Part shown: in pieces, positions 58,501 to 64,000 of the stretch
Position numbering within the stretch: the stretch's first letter is position 1
Layout of the letters: every line of letters begins with the position of its first letter
DNA from: the human T2T-CHM13v2.0 reference genome, Homo sapiens
Length of the DNA stretch: 64,000 nt
Assembly (NCBI GenBank): GCA_009914755.4
Contig: CP086569.2
Coordinates: forward strand, 23,104,001 to 23,168,000
Direction: 5' to 3'
Program-made: the position numbers and the translations under genes
The notes under the pieces: generated by a model
What the model was told of the DNA's origin: nothing
Database searches by the model: none
What the model saw: only the letters and a program-made list of their open reading frames with translations

Positions 58501-61150
58501 GCCAAAGCTGGAGCTATTATCTACATAAATATAGGAAACAAGGTACCCATTTGTTGTCCCCTACTTGAGGAGGGAATCAACCCTGAAGTCTGGGCATTGG
58601 AAGGACAATTTGGAAGGGCAAAAAAATGCCCACCAAATCCAAATCAGAATAAAAGTCCCCATAACTTTTCCTTATCAAAGGCAATATCCCTTAAGGCTTG
58701 AAGCTCATAAAGGATTACAGGATATTGTTAAACATTTAATAGCAAAAGGCTTAGTAAGCAAAGGCAGCAGTCCCTGCAACACCCCAATTCTAGGCATTCA
58801 AAAACCGAATGATCAGTGGAGAATAGTGCAAGATCTTAGACTCATAAATCAGGCAGTAATTCCTGTATATCCAGTTGTACCAAAACCGTATACCCTGCTC
58901 TCTCAAATGCCAGAGGAAGCAGAATTGTTCGCTGTTTTAGACCTCAAGGATGCCTTCTTCTGTATTGCCCTGCACTCTCATTCCCAGTTTCTCTTTGCCT
59001 TTGAGGATCCCACAGACCACACATCCCAACTTACGTGGACGGTCTTGCCCCAACGGTTTAGGGATAGCCCTCATCTTTTGGTCAGGCACTGGCCCAAGAT
59101 CTAGGCAACTTCTCAAGTCCAGGCACTGTGATCCTTCAGTATGTGATTACTTTTGGCTACCAGTTCAGCTATTCTAAATCTCTTGAACTTTCTAGCTAAT
59201 CAAGGGTATAATGTGTCTAGGTCAAAGGACCAGCTTTGCATACAGCAGGTCAAATATCTAGGCCTAATCTTAGCCATTGGGACCAGGGCCCTCAGCAAGG
59301 AATGAATGCAGCCTATACCGGCTTATCCTCACCTTAAGACATTAAAACAGTTGTGGGGGTTCCTTGGAATCACTGGCTGTTGCTAACTATGTATCCCCAG
59401 ATACAGCGAGGTGACCAGATCATGCATACGCTAATCAAGGAGACCCAGAGGGCAAACACTCATCTAGTAGAAGAAGAACCAGAGGCAGAAACAGCCTTCA
59501 AAAACTTAAAGCAGGCCCTAGTACAAGCTACAGCTTTAAGCCTTCCCACAGGGAAAAAACTTATCTTTATACATCACAGAGAGAGGAGGAATAGCTCTTG
59601 GAGTCCTTACTCAGACAAGTGGGACAACCCCACAACCAGTGGCATACTTAAGTAAGGAAATTGCTATAGTAACAAAAGTCTGGCCTCACTGTTTATGGGT
59701 AGTTGTGGTGGTGGACAGCTTAGTGTGAGAGGCTATCAAAATAATACAAGGAGAGGATCTCACTGTTCTGACTACTCATGATGTAAATGGCATACTAGGT
59801 GCCAAAGGAAGTTTATGGCTATCAGACGACTGCCTACTTAGATACCAGCCACTAGTCCTTGAGGGACCAGTGCTTCAGATACATACGTGTGTTGCTTTCA
59901 ACCCCGCCACTTTTCTCCCGGAGGATGGGGAACCAATTGAGCATGACTGCCAACAAATTACAGTCCAGATTTATGCTGCCTGAGAGGATCTCTTAGAAGT
60001 CCCCTTAGCTATTCCTGACTTTAACCTATATACTGATGGAAGTTCATTTGTGGAGAATGGGATACAAAGAGTAGGTTATGCCATAGTTAGTGATGTAACA
60101 GGATTTGAAAGTAAGCCTCTTCTCCCAGGGAGAAGTGGCCAGTTAGCAGAAATAGTGGTGCTTAGCCAAACCTTAGAACTGGGAGGGAAGAAGCATACAA
60201 GTGTATACAGACAGTAAGTATGCTTATCTAATCTTACATGCCCATGCTGCAATATGGAAAGAAAGGGAGTTTCTAACCTCTGGAGGAATGCCCATTAAAT
60301 ATCACAAGGAAATCATGGAGTTATTTCATTCAGTGCAAAAACCCAAGGAGGTGGTAGTCTTACACTGATGAAGCCATCAAAAGGGGAAGGAGAGGGGAAA
60401 ACAGCAGCATAAGCAGCTGGCAGAAGCAAGAAAGACCAGCAAAAAGGAAAGAGAGAAAGAGACAGAAAGTCAGCGAGAAAGAGAGAGACAAAGGAGTCAA
60501 AGAAAGAGACAAAGGGAAGTAGTAAAGAAAAAACAGTGGACCCTATTCCTTTAAAAGCCAGGGTAAATTTAAAACCTATCATTGATAATTGAAGGTCTTC
60601 TCCATTACCCTATAACACTCCAATACCATCTTGTTATCAGTGTAAACAAGGGCATAACCCAAAAGTACTAAGTCCACTGACAATCCATAGGCTTCCTATC
60701 AAAAATCCTTAACCCAGCAGTTTTCCTAACAGGGGATCTAAATCTTAATTAATTACCATACAAAGGTCTGATCAGACCTAGGAGGAACTCCCTTCAGGAC
60801 AGGACAAGAGATGGTTCCTCCCAGGCAATTAAGGGAAAAAGACACAATGGGTATTCAGTAAGTGATAAGGAAACTCCCGTAGAAGCGGAGTTAGGAAAAT
60901 TGCCTAATAATTGGTCTGCTGAAACATGTGGGCCGTTTGCACTCAGCCAAATGTTAAAGTACTTAACAGAATCAGGAAGGAGCCATCTATACCAATTCTA
61001 AGTTAATATGGACTGAATGAGGTCTTATTAATAGCAAAGAATAATTGAAATCCCAAACTTAAAAGGTTTTCAACAACAGTAAAATTTGCTAAAACTTAAC
61101 AGTATAATGTCTATTATCCTAACTTCTCATCTTGAGGAAATCAGACCCTA

Positions 61151-61340
61151 TTGGCACCACTCAAACCTCAAGTCCAACAGCACAGAGCCATACAACTAAT
61201 TACCCTATGTATAGGGTTAGGAATGGCTACTGCTACAGGAACTGGAATACCCAGTTTATCTACTTCATTATCCTACATTATCCTACTACACACACTTTCA
61301 AATGATTTATCAGATAGTTTGCAAGAAATAGTGAAATCTA
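61151..61340 (+). mobile_element. env transmembrane (fusion peptide/heptad) remnant of the HERV9 provirus
   Basis: AIQLITLCIGLGMATATGTGIPSLSTSLSYIILLHTLSNDLSDSLQEIVKSI resembles gammaretroviral TM (..[33 protein letters not shown]..). It ends abruptly at 61342 where a duplicated pol segment begins. Confidence 0.6.
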
Positions 61341-61342
61341 TT

Positions 61343-61495
61343 CTTACACATTAAAACAGTTGTGGGGGTTCCTTGGAATCACTGGCTGTTGCTAACTATG
61401 TATCCCTAGATACAGCGAGGTGACCAGATCATGCATACGCTAATCAAGGAGACCCAGAGGGCAAATACTCATCTAGTAGAAGAACCAGAGGCAGA
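61343..61495 (+). repeat. Displaced duplicate of HERV9 pol segment 59338-59490
   Basis: acattaaaacagttgtgggggttccttggaatcactggctgttgctaactatgtatcccc.agatacagcgaggtgaccagatcatgcatacgctaatcaaggagacccagagggcaaa.actcatctagtagaag occurs at both places, about 97 percent identical. Confidence 0.9.
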
Positions 61496-61577
61496 AACAC
61501 TCACTGCGAGGGTCCACAGCTTCATTCTTGAAGTCAGTGAGACCAAGAACCCACTGGAAGGAATACATTCCAGACAC
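61496..61577 (+). mobile_element. Residual 3' LTR12 (last about 80 bp only) of HERV9
   Basis: acactcactgcgagggtccacagcttcattcttgaagtcagtgagaccaagaacccactggaaggaatacattccagaca matches 5' LTR 55456-55545, then L1 sequence resumes with ctag. Confidence 0.8.
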
Positions 61578-62293
61578 ACTAGGGCCATTAGAATCCTAGA
61601 AGAAAACCTTGGCAGTAGTATTCATGACATAGGCATGGGCAAAGACTTCATGTAGAAACACAAAAAGCAACGGCAACAAAAGACAAAATTGACAAATGGG
61701 ATCTAATTAAACTAAAGAGCTACTGCGCAGCAAAAGAAACTACCATCAGAGTAAACAGCCAACCTACAGAATGGGAGAAAATTTTTGCAATCTAACCATC
61801 TGACAATGGGCTAATATCCAGAATCTATGAAGAACTTAAACAAATTTACAAGAATAAAACAAACAACCCCATCAAAAAATGGGCAAAGGATATGAACAGA
61901 CACTACTCAAAAGAAGACATTTGTGCAGCCAACAGAAATATGAAAAAATACTCATCATCACTCGTCATGAGAGAAATGCAAATAAAAACCACAATGAGAT
62001 ACCATCTCACTCCAGTTAGAATGGCAATCATTAAAATGTCAGGAAACAACAGATCCTGGAGAGATTGTAGAAAAATAGGAATGCTTTTATGCTGTCAGTG
62101 GGAGTGTAAATTAGTTCAACCACTGTGGAAGGCCGTGTAGTGATTCCTCAAGTGTCTAGAATGGGAAATTCCATTTGACCCAGCAACCCCATTACTGGGC
62201 ATATACCAAAGGATTATAAATCATTCTGTGATAAAGACACATGCACATGTATGTTTATCGCAGCACTATTCACAATAGCAAAGACTTGCACTC
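61578..62293 (+). mobile_element. L1 ORF2 fragment: 3' piece of the L1 split by HERV9; itself 3'-truncated
   Basis: Resumes exactly where the 5' piece stopped (..ctagggccattagaatcctagaagaaaaccttggcagtagtattcatgacataggcatgggcaaagacttcatg = L1 [23 protein letters not shown]). ORF 61892..62140 gives MNRHYSKEDICAANRNMKKYSSSLVMREMQIKTTMRYHLTPVRMAIIKMSGNNRSWR. Ends in ..ttcacaatagcaaagacttgcactcccaaaaaa, short of the L1 3' end. Confidence 0.9.
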
Positions 62294-62319
62294 CCAAAAA
62301 AGAAGGGGAAGAAAGGAAC

Positions 62320-63999
62320 CACACTGTCAAATCAGCAAGTAATCAGTAAGACCTTGGTCTGCACTCGAGGTCAACACGTTCTGGGGAAAGCTGGTTCAAG
62401 CTGCATTTTCATTATGGGACAAAAGTTATCAGCACAGCAGAAACAGTATATAAAAGTATTGAAACAGTTGCTTATGACTAGCAGAGCTTCAATCTCACAG
62501 GTTCAATTAAAGAAATTAATATTAACTGTGGTCTCATATAATCCATGGTTCCCAGAAGAAGGAACACTAGATGTTGAACTGTGGGAATGAGTAGGAATGA
62601 ATCTTAAACAATATTATGCACAGGGGCATCAGGTCCCAGCATCAGCTTTAACATGACAGGCTTTACTAAGGATGGCTTTAGTCCCATTATACACAGAAGA
62701 ACATGAAAAGAAGGAGGGAGAAACATCACCTGCCTTATCGCCTCCTTTTCCCTCAGTCCCACTATCACTGGGCCAAAATAACAAAGATAAAATGGGAGGT
62801 TTGCCTAAGCCCCCTCGTACTATAATTGGAAAAAATGATACAAAATATGCTTCAGCTATGGGAACTTGTCTTAAACAAGTGGCATTAGAAGGAGAGTTCT
62901 TAGTCTGTGCAGTAAGGCAAGACTGAGAGGGTCATCAAGTACATGAACCCATTTCCTTTCACACTTACAAAGAACTAAGAAAAAGCATTAAAGAAAATGG
63001 ATCTGCTAGAACATTTACAAAAGGAATGATTGAGGCCTTAGCAGACCACTTCTGTATGGCCCAATGGGACTGGTCAATGCTGGGTAAAGCAACTCTGGAG
63101 CATAGCCCATTCCTCCTCTGGAAGGCAGAATATGACGAGTAGTGCAAACCACAAGCCAACCAGAATCAGGCAGCCAGGCAAAATATAACAGCTGATAAAC
63201 TCTGGGGGAGGGATCCTCATGCTGATGTACAAAAACAACTAAATTTTGATCCCCCGGCTTATGCTCAAGTGTCTTTGTGCACTCTCAGAGCTTGGGACCA
63301 AATTGCCAAGAGCAGAGTTTAGCAGGGGTCTTATGTAAATGTTTGACAAAGGCCTCATGAGCCATTCGTTGAGTTTATGGATTGGTTAACTCAGGCAATT
63401 AAGAGGCAAATTGGTCGCACCCAGGTCACTCCTATCTTATTTTTGCAATTGGCTTTTGAAAACGCTAATGCCAGCAGTCAATGCAGGCAATCAAGGGAAA
63501 GGCAAACAACATCGGGGAGATGATATAAGCGTGTCACTTGGTAGGAACTGAAACAAACAAGGCCAGAATATTAGCCATGACATTAAGACCTCCTAAAGTG
63601 AGAAGGGAGGGAAACCAAAATTGTTTTCTACGTGGAGTGAAAGGTCATGTGAAGAGGCAATGCCCCTATAGTGAAAACCAAGCTAACTCAGGGAAAGAAC
63701 CCTCTTCTATATGTCCCAGCTGTACGAAAGGGAAACATTGGGCAAATCAATGCAGGTCTAAATTTTATAAGAATGGCAAACTCATAGGAAATCACTTGGG
63801 AAACTTCATGAGGAGCCAGCCTCAGACCCCGCTCCCAACTGGGGCAATGCCAATGGCTTTCCTCAGTCAGCTGAAAAGCCCACAGTCCTCTCTCTCAGAG
63901 CAGCCACTACTGGGAGTACAGGACTGTACTTTCTCTGCCCCAATGAATTAGTGCTAAAGGAGGGAGAAGGCCCTAAAAGGGTTGCAACTGGGATCCCTG
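62320..63999 (+). mobile_element. HERV-K-like (betaretrovirus, HML group) leader + gag fragment lacking 5' LTR; runs off window
   Basis: Gag begins at 62414 with MGQKLSAQQKQYIKVLKQLL..YNPWFPEEGTLDVELWE (compare HERV-K HML-2 MGQTKSKIKSKYASYLSFIKILL..CPWFPEQGTLDLKDW). NC zinc knuckles at 63538..63951: CFLRGVKGHVKRQCP and CPSCTKGKHWANQCRSKFYKNGK (HML-2 [23 protein letters not shown]). Frame interrupted by stops. Confidence 0.8.
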
Positions 64000-64000
64000 G

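Larger units (their letters stand above)
55546..61495 (+). mobile_element. HERV9 (class I, gammaretrovirus-like ERV) internal region, defective and rearranged: gag, pro, pol RT-RNaseH, no integrase, env reduced to a TM fragment
   Basis: gag ORF fragments at 56824..57168, 57239..57472 and 57481..57828. Pro/pol translation 58432..59104 gives ..LLGRGILAKAGAIIYINIG..GLVSKGSSPCNTPILGIQKPNDQWRIVQDLRLINQAVIPVYPVVPKPYTLLSQMPEEAELFAVLDLKDAFFCIALHSHSQFLFAFEDPTDHTSQLTWTVLPQRFRDSPHLL, which is MLV-like RT motifs. RNase H YTDGSSFVENGIQRVGYAIVSD..SGQLAEIVVLSQTLEL lies at about 59990-60200. Multiple stops and frameshifts throughout. Confidence 0.85.

Overview
This window is primate (human-type) genomic DNA, not prokaryotic. 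It contains no operons, no CRISPR array and no defence or secretion system, so the hunt yields eukaryotic genome-architecture findings rather than a new microbial system. The evidence is about 18 Alu SINEs with A-rich tails and target-site duplications, several L1 LINE fragments, two endogenous retroviruses, abundant microsatellites, and spliced multi-exon genes with canonical AG/GT boundaries.

Two gene families were recognised by direct translation.
- RBMY-like gene, minus strand. Four coding exons lie at 1225-7081 and translate in frame to an RRM protein closest to RBMY rather than RBMX. The gene continues past the left edge of the window.
- TSPY-like unprocessed pseudogene, plus strand, about 9965-12260. 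It keeps the TSPY exon/intron structure but carries frameshifts. It sits head-to-head with the RBMY-like gene across a shared CpG island at about 8990-9580.

The co-occurrence of RBMY-like and TSPY-like sequence makes the male-specific Y chromosome the most likely origin. That is an inference from gene content, not something verified.

The TSPY-like unit is present again as a diverged, 5'-truncated inverted copy at 21185-23600. A second, younger inverted-repeat pair lies at 14310-15890 and 35690-37290. The four arms are ordered A-C-B-D, which a single inverted duplication cannot produce.

The right-hand 9 kb is nested retroelements. An LTR12/HERV9 provirus with a rearranged interior sits inside a 5'-truncated L1, with apparent CTAG target-site duplications. 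It is followed by a HERV-K-like gag fragment that runs off the window. One L1 at 28440-29515 shows a twin-priming-type 5' inversion.

All coordinates are eyeballed from the sequence and approximate to within a few bases to tens of bases for repeat ends.
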